NCBI GenBank assembly: GCA_963711235.1 | Contig: CAVQDI010000002.1 | Coordinates: forward strand, 206,395 to 270,394 | DNA length: 64,000 bases | From: an uncultured beta proteobacterium | Lineage (GTDB): Bacteria > Pseudomonadota > Gammaproteobacteria > Burkholderiales > Casimicrobiaceae | Reading direction: 5' to 3' | In this document: positions 39,688-49,654 of the stretch, piece after piece | Numbering within the stretch: the first letter of the stretch is position 1 | How the letters are laid out: every line of letters begins with the position of its first letter | Position numbers and translations under genes: made by a program | Notes under the pieces: generated by a model | Seen by the model: only the letters and a program-made list of their open reading frames with translations | Databases searched by the model: none | Told to the model about the DNA's origin: nothing

Positions 39688-40188
39688 TCGGGCACCACGT
39701 CTCGTAATCAGCCTGTGTCTGGTCTGGCCGCATTTCGGCCTAATGAGGAACGACCCAGCTGGACATTCGCGCCGGTCCAAATTTCTCACGTCCAGTGGTC
39801 TCAACACCAAACCCATCAGTGCGCCAAAAATCCGTCCGCTGTTAATCCTGCGTCGCCAGGCTGGCAATCCAGTCGACGATGGTCAGCGGCAGCTTGCGCG
39901 GCGACCGCCAAGGGATGGTGGGCAGGAATCTAGAGGCGTGAAGGTCCTCCAGCGAGGACGCCCCTGCGCAGCAGGCGACGAACCCGCCGCTGGTACGCGG
40001 CGACCACCTGGGTCAGTTCAAGACCAACGCGGCCGGGCGGTGCGTAACGCCCGGGAAAGTGTTAGGTTTGTTGTCGCGGGTCGCGAACGACTGCTATTGC
40101 GCAGTCCGTAAGTCCGCAACGGATCGTGACGCGCCCGTCGAATTGGATTCAAGGGTAGCAGATCGGCCGGGTAGACTGACCTTTTCTC

Positions 40189-41955
40189 GTGGTTGATGTT
40201 CTTACAACTCGTGAACGCGGAGCACTGACTGGTATGAGGCGTAGCGTCACGACGACCTCGCCGCCCCGCCAACTCAAGGCGGTTACCGTTGCTGCGCTCC
40301 GTACATTGGCGACCCGCTTCGGCGGCGCGGACGATGCCCGTCGCTTCGCGCTGCTGCGCGCGGCCGCAGCTGCAGCGCTTGGCGATATGAAGGTACTGCT
40401 CGCCTATCACGATGTGCTGCTCTTCCTTCTGGCATATCCAGCCACGGCGGCGATGCGTTCACTCGCGGCTCTCGAGCTCACCCGGGTCGCTGCGGTGGCG
40501 CGATACATCGACGCGCACGGTCCCGCGCGGGCACGCGCTGGGCTGCGTGGCAGCGGCATCGCGTGGTCGGCAATCAGCATCGCCTACGGCTATCCGATCG
40601 CCCGTTGGCTGGTGTCCCGCTTTCCGAGATGTGTCGATATCGATTCGTTCGGTGAGCGCGGCGCGCTCCTCGCGGAATGGTTGCGCCCTGGTTTACCTCC
40701 GGCCGAATTCGAGCTCCTCGCGTCCGGCGAGGAATCGCCGGAGGCGCTGCTCGACGCCGGCACGACAGGATGGCGCGGCAGTCGGCTTTCCTGGCTGGTC
40801 GCGCAATTCGAGCGCCTGCCATGTGATCCCGCGTTGCGCGAGTCGCTCTACGACAGCCTCGAACTGTTCGTCTTGCTGAACCCGCGCGACGCGCCGATCT
40901 CACGCACGTTCGTGCGCGGATTGCCTGCCCAAGCGTTCTATCATCGCGGCCCGCTCTTGCGCAGCGTCGATGCCGATCGGCTGATCGCGGCTGCCCTGCC
41001 TCGGGCACGCCGCCTTGGGCGTGGCGCCTGCCAGCATCTGGTCGATGCCGGACGTGGCGTTCTGGCGGTACTCGGTCGTGAGACCGATCCGATCGCCCAT
41101 GCTGACGTTGCGCGGACGCGCCACTACCGCCTTGGGCGCGGTGTCGACATAGCGCTGTATTCGGCTATCCCTGCGCAACGCAGCGCACTCGATTCGCATA
41201 TCGGCTACGTGTTGTTCAAGAACAGTGTCCCGATCGGCTACGGCGGCGGTTGGCCGTTCCTCGGCACCTGCAAGATCGGCATCAACATCTTTGCGCCGTT
41301 TCGAAACGGCGAGTCCGCGTTTCTGATGGCCTCCGTCCTGCGCGTGTACGCCCAGCTGTTCGCGGTGGAGCGGTTTGTCGTGGAACCCTATCAATTCGGC
41401 GCCGGCAACCGTGAGGGCCTTGAATCAGGCGCCTTCTGGTTCTACTTTCGTTTGGGCTTCCGGCCCGTCAAACCCGCGCTGCGCGTGGTCGCGCTGGAGG
41501 AATTCGAGCGAATGAAGCGAAATCCGGGGTACCGCACGCCGTTGTCTGTCCTGCGGCGCTTCGCCCGCTCCGATCTCGAGCGGCCCGTAGTCTGTGGCGC
41601 TCGCGACGCCTGCGATCCGGCTGCGCTGAGTCAGGCGGTGACGACGTGGATAGCGTCACGGTTCCATGGGCGGCGCGATCGCGCGGAAACGGCAGCGCTG
41701 CGTCGCGTGGCTGCGGCGCTGGGGTTAGCGGATGCCGGTGCCTGGAACGACGACGAGCGCAGGGCGTTGCGCGCCATGGCGCCGGTCCTTGCTCAGATCA
41801 AAGACCTTCGCGCGTGGGCTGCGCCGGACAAGCGCCGCCTGGTCGCGCTGATCCGCGCTAAGGGCGGCAACGAGTACCGCCATTTCGCGTTGATGGCGGA
41901 TTTCGCGCGTCTGCGCAACGGATTGAACGTAGTCGCCGAAAACTCAGCGCCGTAA
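40189..41955 (+). CDS. Large hypothetical protein with a GNAT-like core in its second half
   Basis: Long uninterrupted ORF with coding-like composition. GYVLFKNSVPIGYGGGWPF...FVVEPYQFGAGNREGLESGAFWFYFRLGFRP resembles an acetyltransferase-fold segment. Start uncertain (GTG at 40189 or ATG at 40234). Confidence 0.55.
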   Translation: MVDVLTTRERGALTGMRRSVTTTSPPRQLKAVTVAALRTLATRFGGADDARRFALLRAAAAAALGDMKVLLAYHDVLLFLLAYPATAAMRSLAALELTRVAAVARYIDAHGPARARAGLRGSGIAWSAISIAYGYPIARWLVSRFPRCVDIDSFGERGALLAEWLRPGLPPAEFELLASGEESPEALLDAGTTGWRGSRLSWLVAQFERLPCDPALRESLYDSLELFVLLNPRDAPISRTFVRGLPAQAFYHRGPLLRSVDADRLIAAALPRARRLGRGACQHLVDAGRGVLAVLGRETDPIAHADVARTRHYRLGRGVDIALYSAIPAQRSALDSHIGYVLFKNSVPIGYGGGWPFLGTCKIGINIFAPFRNGESAFLMASVLRVYAQLFAVERFVVEPYQFGAGNREGLESGAFWFYFRLGFRPVKPALRVVALEEFERMKRNPGYRTPLSVLRRFARSDLERPVVCGARDACDPAALSQAVTTWIASRFHGRRDRAETAALRRVAAALGLADAGAWNDDERRALRAMAPVLAQIKDLRAWAAPDKRRLVALIRAKGGNEYRHFALMADFARLRNGLNVVAENSAP

Positions 41956-42059
41956 ACAATTGATCTTACGCTTTCCCGACGAACAATCAGAGCTTTCTAG
42001 TTCGTCCGTTCTTGGTCCGCTTTGCGACGGCGGTCCGAAGGTCGGCTCGCGCCAGTTGC

Positions 42060-42137
42060 AGATTCCGTCTCTACTACCCGAAGCAGGCGATTTTCGACAA
42101 GAGCTGGAAGCACAATGACATCGAGAAGGTCAAGTGA
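42060..42137 (+). pseudogene. Isolated C-terminal tail of a DUF1214-family gene
   Basis: RFRLYYPKQAIFDKSWKHNDIEKVK* parallels MMRLYWPKERPPSILDGSWKVPQVKEV of 22469-23974. Nothing family-like lies upstream. Confidence 0.4.
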
Positions 42138-42561
42138 TCACTGATGACCAGCTAACCGGCTGACCGTCCGCTTCAGCGCCATCGAACGTCGGTTATCGAG
42201 AAGGTCGGCGGACCGTTCATTCTGGCTCGATATGTTTGGACGGACAAACAAAACCAAGTCGAAAAATCCCGTGCTATGCGTGATGCCGCGATTTCGAGGT
42301 TGTCATGTCGCACAATCCTATTTTTCAAAGCGGCATCGAGAGCTCGCGCTGGCATGATCGAGTTTTTGCGCAGCACAAGACCCAGAAGCCTTTGGTTTGA
42401 ATCGCGGCCCGCCACCCAGTCGGTAAGAGTCAGGGTGAATGGGAATCATGTTCAATTGGAATCGAATCAATCTGGCCTTTCGGAGGCTGACATGTATTTC
42501 GAACGAACTTTGGACCGAGACACGTGCGTCTTTGCCATTCCGGGCGATTCCCTGCGCCGGC

Positions 42562-42575
42562 TTGATCTAGCTCAA
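42562..42575. promoter_or_regulatory. FNR-type box TTGATCTAGCTCAA
   Basis: 9/10 match, 35-48 nt upstream of the hemN start codon. Confidence 0.5.
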
Positions 42576-42609
42576 GGTCAAGGCCGGGGTCGGCTGGCAC
42601 GATGCTGGC

Positions 42610-44004
42610 ATGGTTTACTCCGCAGCGAGCACGGGCGTCTCATTTGACCCGGATCTAATCCGCAAGTACGACCGCCTTGGCCCACGCTACACCTCCTATC
42701 CAACGGCAGATCGTTTTACCGAAGCGTTTACCGCCGACGATCTGGTTGACGCGCTCTTCAACCGCCAAACCGCCGGAGCGCCGTTGTCGCTGTACGTGCA
42801 CCTGCCGTTTTGCGATACGGTTTGTTACTACTGCGCCTGCAACAAGGTCCTCACCAAGGACCATAGTCGCTCGGCGAAGTACATCCGCTACCTTGGGAAG
42901 GAGGTCGCCATCCTGTCGGCGCTGGTCAGTCCCGAATCGCCAGTCAAGCAGCTGCACTGGGGCGGAGGCACGCCGACGTTTCTGTCAGCGGACGAGATGA
43001 GGCTATTGATGCGCGTCCTGCACGAAAACTTTAGCTTCGACGAGGACGCCGAGCTCGCAATCGAAATCGACCCGCGCAAGGCAAGTCACGCGACCGTTGG
43101 GTTGCTGGCCGAACTGGGCTTTAACCGGATGAGTGTAGGTGTCCAGGATTTCGACTCTGACGTGCAAAGAGCGGTGAACCGCCTCCAAAGCGAGGCCGAA
43201 ACGCTTATCGTCATGGACGCGGCGCGGGCGAACGGCTTCCGCTCAATCAACGTTGATCTAATCTATGGTCTGCCGCGTCAAACAGTACCCGGCTTCTGCA
43301 GAACGCTCGACCAAGTGATCGGGGCGGCACCAGAACGGATCGCACTGTACAGCTACGCCCACGTCCCGCACTTATTCAAGCCGCAGCGGCAGATCAGCGA
43401 AGCCGAATTGCCAACCTCGGACGCCAAGCTTGCGCTCCTCGAGCTGGCGATTGACAAGCTGACGGCTGCGGGTTACGTCTACATTGGCATGGACCATTTC
43501 GCTAAGCCCCATGATGAGCTCGCTGTGGCGCAGCGGCAGGGGAAATTGCACCGCAATTTCCAAGGCTACTCGACCAATGCCGATTGCGATTTACTATCGA
43601 TCGGTATTTCGGCGATCGGCAAGACCGGCACAACTTATAGCCAGAACCTGCGCACTCTGGATGAGTATTACGGCCGGCTCGACGCCGACGCGTTACCGTG
43701 TTTTCGCGGCTGGCGGCTTTCCGCCGACGATCTGTTGCGGCGCGATGTTATCCATGCGCTTATGTCCCACTTCACTGTATCATTCGAGCGAGTCGAAGCC
43801 GTGCATGCGATCGCGTTCAACGAGTATTTCACAGCAGAGCTGAAGGAACTTGAACACCTGGTCGATGACGGATTGATCGAAATCGCGTCAGATACGATCA
43901 TCGTGACGCGGCGCGGCCGGCTTCTGGTCCGTTCCATAGCGATGATATTCGACCGCCATCTGCGCCTGCAGCGCGAGCAGGCACGCTATTCGCGCTTGAT
44001 CTGA
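42610..44004 (+). CDS. hemN: Oxygen-independent coproporphyrinogen III oxidase (radical SAM)
   Basis: RYTSYPTADRF, SLYVHLPFCDTVCYYCACN (CxxxCxxC), GGGTPTFL, and a HemN C-terminal domain. 464 aa. Confidence 0.9.
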   Translation: MVYSAASTGVSFDPDLIRKYDRLGPRYTSYPTADRFTEAFTADDLVDALFNRQTAGAPLSLYVHLPFCDTVCYYCACNKVLTKDHSRSAKYIRYLGKEVAILSALVSPESPVKQLHWGGGTPTFLSADEMRLLMRVLHENFSFDEDAELAIEIDPRKASHATVGLLAELGFNRMSVGVQDFDSDVQRAVNRLQSEAETLIVMDAARANGFRSINVDLIYGLPRQTVPGFCRTLDQVIGAAPERIALYSYAHVPHLFKPQRQISEAELPTSDAKLALLELAIDKLTAAGYVYIGMDHFAKPHDELAVAQRQGKLHRNFQGYSTNADCDLLSIGISAIGKTGTTYSQNLRTLDEYYGRLDADALPCFRGWRLSADDLLRRDVIHALMSHFTVSFERVEAVHAIAFNEYFTAELKELEHLVDDGLIEIASDTIIVTRRGRLLVRSIAMIFDRHLRLQREQARYSRLI

Positions 44005-44049
44005 TCGCTCTCGGCGTTTGGTAGGGGTCTCGGCTCCCTTGGCTTAACA

Positions 44050-44063
44050 TTGATCTGAGTCAG
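44050..44063. promoter_or_regulatory. FNR-type box TTGATCTGAGTCAG
   Basis: 8/10 match, 45-58 nt upstream of the hemerythrin gene start. Confidence 0.4.
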
Positions 44064-44107
44064 GTCCGGAGCCCTGGCGTCGCGGATGCATGTGGGAAGG
44101 GACAGCT

Positions 44108-44695
44108 ATGCAGTCACTTCGCATCATCAAAGACGAACATCGCTCGCTGGCAGCGGTCTTGCACGGCATGCTTTACTTGGTTCACGAGATCCGCGACCGG
44201 GGCGCCAAGCCAAATTTTGCCTTGCTTGGGGCGATGATCTATTACATCGACACGGTTCCGGAACGATTCCACCACCCCAAGGAGGATCAGTACCTGTTTT
44301 GGCTATTGCGCATTCGCCACCCGGATGCGGCGCCGCTGCTTGACCGGCTGAAGTCGGAGCACCAGGCGGGCGCCGAAAGGATACGCACGCTGGAGCAGGC
44401 CTTGATGCGGTACCAGCACGGCGGCGCGGCCGAATTCTTCAACTTCATGGCGGCGGTGGAAGCCTATGCAGCCTTCCACTGGGATCACATGCAAACCGAG
44501 GAAAATGACGTCCTGCCGCTGGCAGAGAAGCATCTCACCGTCGGCGATTGGCAAGCGATCGATGCGGCATTTCTCGGTCACACCGATCCGATGGTCGGCG
44601 TCGACGCAGGAGTCAAGTACGACACGCTGTTCCGTCGCATCGTCAACCTGGCGCCGCCGCCGATCGGCGTGGGACCCGCGAGCGAGCGCGAGTGA
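44108..44695 (+). CDS. Hemerythrin-like domain protein
   Basis: ATG at 44108. IKDEHRSLAAVLHG, FHHPKEDQYLF, and HMQTEENDVLPLAEK. Confidence 0.75.
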   Translation: MQSLRIIKDEHRSLAAVLHGMLYLVHEIRDRGAKPNFALLGAMIYYIDTVPERFHHPKEDQYLFWLLRIRHPDAAPLLDRLKSEHQAGAERIRTLEQALMRYQHGGAAEFFNFMAAVEAYAAFHWDHMQTEENDVLPLAEKHLTVGDWQAIDAAFLGHTDPMVGVDAGVKYDTLFRRIVNLAPPPIGVGPASERE

Positions 44696-45346
44696 CTGGC
44701 GGCTCGACCGGATGCGCAGGTTGCAACGGCGTCGGCATTGACACGAGTAGCTCGGCATCGGCAACGATTACATGCGGCATTGAAGCTCTGATTTACGTAC
44801 TGCCTAACGGCCATCGCGGCCAGTAGACGCATCTATCTGCTCGAACTCACGGCCACCGAACAAACCTGGATGAGCCTCGGTCTCGTGGGACTATCCGCAG
44901 GACCGCATGACGGCGCTGAAAGCCCAGGTGCAGGAAGTGGGCGACCTAGCACCGGTGGCGCAGGCGCAGTTGCTGGCGGGATCGCGCGTGCGAGCTTCGA
45001 GTAATCCCGTGGCCCGAGAATTGGCGACCCGGCTGGGGTTGCTTAGTCAATACCAACCCACCATAGGGAGCAAGGTTGGCTTGGGCGATCTAAGTATCTT
45101 TTCTTGAGTTGTTCTCGTATTTCCCGGGCACGGAGGATCTCCTCCGGCGATGCGATCACCGGTGCGACAAGACTGGGATCGCTGGCGAGAGCCTTAGTCC
45201 TAGGAAACTGGTTCGGATCCGTTCCGGGCCATTGCCCCTGGACGCTGCGCGCCGGCATCTCCGATCCACCCTCCGTGTCGACGGCTTCATCCCGCGTCGG
45301 CGGAGCGGCGGTCGGACCCTCGCTCGAAGCTGCCAGGTCACCGGGG

Positions 45347-46162
45347 CTACGCGGGTGCATGCCAGCCTGCGTCCGCCCACAACTCGCCGCTCACCGCCGA
45401 GTTGGCGAGCATGAAGCAGATCGCATCGGCAATTTCCTCGGGGCGAATCAACCGGCTCAATTGGGTGAAAGGTAATATGTGCTTGCTGATGTAGTCATCA
45501 CCCATTGCGCGCACCATAGGCGTGTCGGTGAACCCCGGGTGGATAAGTCCGCAGCGAACGCCGTAGAAAACCGCCTCCTTCATAATCGTCGCGGCCGCTC
45601 CCTCGAGGCCAGCCTTGGCGCTGGCGTAGGAGATCTGGCCACGGTTGCCCTGCGAGGAAACCGAGCCGATGAACACGATGGCCCCTTGCATGCCCTCCGA
45701 CGGCTGCCAACGCGTGAGGCCGCAGGCGGCGCGGTTCTCGGCGATGCGTCCGATCATCTCGAGCGCCCAGTAGACCGGCGCCACGAGGTTCACATCAATG
45801 ACCTGCTTGAACCGATCCGCCGCATAAATCCGTGCTTTGCCTGTGATCTTGTCGACACGGACGGCAAGATCGTCGCGCGTGATGCCGGCGGCCGGCACGC
45901 ACATGGTGACGGTGTCGAACTGGCTACTGATGGAATCGAAAACCGAAGCGCGAAACGCCTCGTCGGTCGTATCGCCCCGGTAAGGGTAGGCGATCTGCCA
46001 GTCGGCCTTCGCGTTGACTTCAGCGGCGACGCCATCGATGCTCTCGCCTATATCCACAAGCGCCATCGCGCGGACGTTGCGGCGCGCCAATTCAAACGCA
46101 ACGGCCCGTCCAATGCCGCTGGCCGCACCCGTGATTACCGCAACTTTTCCTGGAAACTCCAT
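45347..46162 (-). CDS. Short-chain dehydrogenase/reductase (SDR)
   Basis: ATG at 46162 with AGGAG upstream. TGAASGIGRA NAD(P)-binding motif. Catalytic YASAKAG. PGFTDTPM. Confidence 0.85.
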   Translation of the reverse strand: MEFPGKVAVITGAASGIGRAVAFELARRNVRAMALVDIGESIDGVAAEVNAKADWQIAYPYRGDTTDEAFRASVFDSISSQFDTVTMCVPAAGITRDDLAVRVDKITGKARIYAADRFKQVIDVNLVAPVYWALEMIGRIAENRAACGLTRWQPSEGMQGAIVFIGSVSSQGNRGQISYASAKAGLEGAAATIMKEAVFYGVRCGLIHPGFTDTPMVRAMGDDYISKHILPFTQLSRLIRPEEIADAICFMLANSAVSGELWADAGWHAPA

Positions 46163-46228
46163 GGAGGCTCCTGACGCATTTTGCTGCACCGCAATACGAA
46201 AGCCTATAGCCAAGCCGTATTTGCGCGG

Positions 46229-46242
46229 TTGATGTAACTCAA
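46229..46242. promoter_or_regulatory. FNR-type box TTGATGTAACTCAA
   Basis: 9/10 match in the divergent SDR/dsbB intergenic region, 67 nt from the SDR start. Confidence 0.4.
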
Positions 46243-46462
46243 GGAAACTCCAACGACGCTCGTTGGTACACAGCAGAGATAGGCGAGCGTCGCAAGCTAT
46301 TGATTTAACATATAGCGCCAGGCAAGACCCCCAACGTTCAACGGGACGCCGTTCGCGCCACTCACCGCGTCGTGAACCAGCAATTCAGATCGGGCGCGGG
46401 CGTGGCCAAATTCCCTTGGGTTGCTACCAGGCCCCCTGGGGGCCGCATTGCTTGCCGATCTT

Positions 46463-46972
46463 ATGAATAAGCTTTCGCGTGCGCTGACCTGTCCTGCCCA
46501 AATTTCCATCTTGCTTGGCGTCACCTGCACCGGTCTTGTCGGTGCAAGCTTCTTTGTCCAGCATATACTGGGGATCGAACCGTGCCCGTTGTGCATCATC
46601 CAACGGCTTACGTATCTTGGCCTGATACCCGTTTTCTTTGCCGCCGCCGTGGCGCGCCCCCAGGGACGAGTTCGGCGGGTTCTCCTTTGGACGGCGGCGA
46701 TCCTGACCCTGGAAGGACTCGGGGTCGCCGGCTATCAGACGTACCTGCAGCTTTTTCCGGCGCCAATCGTCGCGTCTTGCAGTGCCGGCCTGGCCTACAT
46801 GCTGGACACCATGGCGGTCAGCGAAGTACTGACCCAACTGCTGCATGCCACGGGAGACTGTTCCGATACGTCCTTCAAGATCTTGGGACTTACGCTGGCG
46901 CAAGCGTCGCTTGTCATTTTCCTGGGCTTCGCCCTGCTCCTGGGCACGTTATTGCGGCGGCGGCCAACCTAA
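46463..46972 (+). CDS. dsbB: Disulfide bond formation protein B
   Basis: ATG at 46463. Four TM helices. First periplasmic loop CPLC and a second Cys pair (SC...GDC). Confidence 0.8.
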   Translation: MNKLSRALTCPAQISILLGVTCTGLVGASFFVQHILGIEPCPLCIIQRLTYLGLIPVFFAAAVARPQGRVRRVLLWTAAILTLEGLGVAGYQTYLQLFPAPIVASCSAGLAYMLDTMAVSEVLTQLLHATGDCSDTSFKILGLTLAQASLVIFLGFALLLGTLLRRRPT

Positions 46973-47114
46973 AACAGTACACTCCCGTTGGGGCACGAGT
47001 GATCACTCGCTTGGGGATGGACTCGATCGTCGTATGCGCGCGCCTCCCGAGCTAGAGCATTTGGCGACGGCAAAGAACGAGCGACTCACATCGGTTTGAC
47101 GCGCCAGCCCGGGA

Positions 47115-47444
47115 TCAGTAACCCGACGACCCCTGAAATGCCACCGGCCTGTCCGGCACCGGAAAACGGTAGTAGAGATCGTTCAGATAGCGGGTGACAG
47201 CGAGGATGTCCTCGTCGCTCCAGGCGAGGCCCGTGTTCATCTGCCATCGAAATACTTGCTTCCTGAGACTTGCCCAGTCTGTCGCCAGCCTCTTGTCGCG
47301 CCAATGCACCTGTGCGCTATGGCAACCGATGCAATGGGTGGAATAGAGGAGCTCGCCGCGGGAGCTGTCCGGCGCTGGCTGGGCCGCAACCGCAATTGCG
47401 CCAGCGGTGCAGGCGGCCATTAGCCCCAATGTCAGTCGTCGCAT
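47115..47444 (-). CDS. Small monohaem c-type cytochrome, secreted
   Basis: Signal peptide MRRLTLGLMAACTAGAIAVAA. A single CIGCH. Last gene of the minus-strand string. Confidence 0.75.
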   Translation of the reverse strand: MRRLTLGLMAACTAGAIAVAAQPAPDSSRGELLYSTHCIGCHSAQVHWRDKRLATDWASLRKQVFRWQMNTGLAWSDEDILAVTRYLNDLYYRFPVPDRPVAFQGSSGY

Positions 47445-47543
47445 CGCAACCGATCAGCGGCCTCCCGGGCCCGCGACAGCTTCGCTACGACGGGTAAGTA
47501 TTCCATCACGGCAGCTTGAGTATTGGGGTTTCTGGCGCGGGGG

Positions 47544-48506
47544 TCAACCGTCGTTCTTAACCATCGGCCATGTCTCATTGGCGTGCTTCAGCAGCGCAGG
47601 ATTGCTGCGGCAGCGGGTGATGAATTCGCGCACCTCCGGCGCATGCCAGGCGTCGCGATAGGCCCGCCACGCATCCTCGAGCGAATCGCGGCGCAGGTCG
47701 GCGGCGGCGAAAGGGAGCGCATTGAGCAGCTTGACCTTGCCGTTGGGCACGACCAGGAGCATCGCCTGCGGTCGCTCGAGCCGCGTTTCCATCTCCGCAA
47801 GAATGTCCCAAGGATAGATCAAAAGGGCCATTCCGGGGCCGATCGACGCGGCGCGTTCTCTCAGCGCGGTAACCGCGGCGCGCCACTCCTCGCTGCTGCA
47901 TGCAATGCGCTGCCAGGCGCCAGCGGCGCGGCCGATGCGCATGAGCGGGCCGGTCACGAATGCGCTGCAGCCGAGCGTTGCCGCCAGATCGAACGCGGCG
48001 ACAATCTCGTGCAGATTAAAGCGGGTGGGAACGAACACCAATTGCGGTGCAAGACCGCGCGCGACCAATCGCTCGATGGCGGCGACCGCCGCGGCGAAGC
48101 TCGATCCCGGTCGCACGCGTTCATGCGTCGCCGCCGTCGCTCCATCGACCGAAATCTGGATGCATTCGACGCCGAGCGCCGAGAGCCGATCGGCCGCGGA
48201 ATCGTCGATGTGGCTGCCGTCGGTCTCGATCTTGAGCGCGATGCCGGCCGCGCCGAGCAGCTCCAGCAGATCCCAGCAATGCGGTACACCCAGCGGCTCG
48301 CCACCACCGAAGGCAACGTAGGCGACGCCGAACGCCGCGATGCGACGCGCAAGGTCGATCGCTTCGTCACGGGGAAGCTCATCGTGCCATGCCTTATCGG
48401 GACCGGACTCCTCGCAGCAGGTGATGCAGCGCGCGGCGCAGCGGTTGGTCAGCTGCCAGGCAAGAAAAAGGGGCGCCCGGTAGTCTTCGACCGAGCGCCC
48501 CGGCAT
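47544..48506 (-). CDS. Radical SAM enzyme, PqqE-like core, paralogue 3
   Basis: LFLAWQLTNRCAARCITCC (CxxxCxxC), GGGEP, and IETDG. The C-terminal part is homologous to a SPASM/twitch region (VVPNGKVKLLNALPFAAADLRRDSLEDAW) but has no auxiliary-cluster cysteines. Confidence 0.85.
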   Translation of the reverse strand: MPGRSVEDYRAPLFLAWQLTNRCAARCITCCEESGPDKAWHDELPRDEAIDLARRIAAFGVAYVAFGGGEPLGVPHCWDLLELLGAAGIALKIETDGSHIDDSAADRLSALGVECIQISVDGATAATHERVRPGSSFAAAVAAIERLVARGLAPQLVFVPTRFNLHEIVAAFDLAATLGCSAFVTGPLMRIGRAAGAWQRIACSSEEWRAAVTALRERAASIGPGMALLIYPWDILAEMETRLERPQAMLLVVPNGKVKLLNALPFAAADLRRDSLEDAWRAYRDAWHAPEVREFITRCRSNPALLKHANETWPMVKNDG

Positions 48507-48525
48507 TGCGGAAGTTTTAGGTATT

Positions 48526-48681
48526 TCAGGTGAAGCGGATGTACGGCTGAGCCATCACCTGCTCGGAAATGTCCTCGAGCTTGGGCGTTTCCCACGCGAG
48601 CTTTTGCGCCGGCTGCACCGTATCGGTCTTGCGTTCATCGCCGGTCTTAGCGGCTTCGATCGTCAGGTTCATCTCGCTCAT
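48526..48681 (-). CDS. 51-aa PqqA-like candidate precursor peptide (not in the ORF track)
   Basis: ATG at 48681 with GGAGGG 4-9 nt upstream; stop TGA at 48526-48528. Lies 10 nt after the stop of the upstream rSAM gene and 19 nt before the start of the next. Translation: MSEMNLTIEAAKTGDERKTDTVQPAQKLAWETPKLEDISEQVMAQPYIRFT. Confidence 0.6.
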   Translation of the reverse strand: MSEMNLTIEAAKTGDERKTDTVQPAQKLAWETPKLEDISEQVMAQPYIRFT

Positions 48682-48691
48682 TTTCCCTCCG

Positions 48692-49654
48692 TCAGGTCAC
48701 ACCCGGGACCACGGACAACAACTGCCAACTGTTGGCTTGCGCGTGACGCGAGGGGTCGGCGACCGCGCGCTCTGCTGCCATTAGCACTGTATCACTTCGC
48801 CAGGCGTTGCGGTAGGCCTCCCAGGCCTCCATTAGTGTATGGCGGCGCAAGTCAGCACAGATCTGCGGCAGCGCGGCGGCGACCTTGACCCAGCCGTTGG
48901 GTAGCACGAGCAGGGTTGCCGGCGGCGTTTGGAGACTGCCGCGCAGGCCTTCCTCGAGATCGAACGGAAGATGGCATAACTCCAATTGACCCTCCAGGAG
49001 CCGGCCCATGCGTCGCAACAGGCGGCGAAACGCCCGGTACTGCGCATCGGTGGGCTCGAGCTTGTCCCACAGCCGTGCGGCAGTGCCGATGCGCATAAGC
49101 CGCCCGGTATTGACGCGGAAGGCACCAAGCGCCCGTGCCCGCTCGATGACCGGCCCAGCCTCGTGAATGTTGAGCCGGGTCGGCGCAAAGGTGATCTCGA
49201 GCGGCAGCCCGGCCGCGCGAGCGGCACGGCAGGCCGCATGGGCTTTGGCGAGCGACGCGCCTGGCCGCTGGCCCTCGTAGACCTGCTGCGTGTCGCCGTC
49301 GAGGCTGATCTGCATCGAGCGGATGGGCAGGCGGGCGAGCCGAGCGGCGAGTTCGGCATCGAAGCGCTGCCCGTTGGTCTCGATCTTGAGCTGAACGCCC
49401 GCCCGCCCGAGTGCCTCGGCCAAGGCAACGAAGTGAGGCACCACCAAAGGTTCACCGCCACACAGCATCACATAGGGCACTTCGTTGCGGGCAATCTCAT
49501 CGGCCAGCCGCAGCGCCTCGCCGACGTCGAGTTCATCCCGCAGCCGCTTGCCTGGCGCCGACTCGGTACAGCAATGCAGGCAGCACAGGTCGCAGTCCCG
49601 CGTGATTTGCCACGAGACGAACAGCGGCGCGCATAGCTGATCGATTCGGTTCAT
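48692..49654 (-). CDS. Radical SAM enzyme, PqqE-like core, paralogue 2
   Basis: LFVSWQITRDCDLCCLHCC, CGGEP, and IETNG. C-terminal LVLPNGWVKVAAALPQICADLRRHTLMEAW. The start ATG overlaps the stop of the prenyltransferase gene (ATGA). Confidence 0.85.
   Translation of the reverse strand: MNRIDQLCAPLFVSWQITRDCDLCCLHCCTESAPGKRLRDELDVGEALRLADEIARNEVPYVMLCGGEPLVVPHFVALAEALGRAGVQLKIETNGQRFDAELAARLARLPIRSMQISLDGDTQQVYEGQRPGASLAKAHAACRAARAAGLPLEITFAPTRLNIHEAGPVIERARALGAFRVNTGRLMRIGTAARLWDKLEPTDAQYRAFRRLLRRMGRLLEGQLELCHLPFDLEEGLRGSLQTPPATLLVLPNGWVKVAAALPQICADLRRHTLMEAWEAYRNAWRSDTVLMAAERAVADPSRHAQANSWQLLSVVPGVT

Noticed and set aside
45043-45360. 105-aa minus-strand ORF downstream of the SDR gene (ends ...PEEILRAREIREQLKKRYLDRPSQPCSLWWVGID).
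   Set aside because: It matches no family I recognise. The N-terminal two thirds are low-complexity Pro/Ala/Gly, and the start overlaps the SDR stop without an RBS. It is possibly real, but unsupported.
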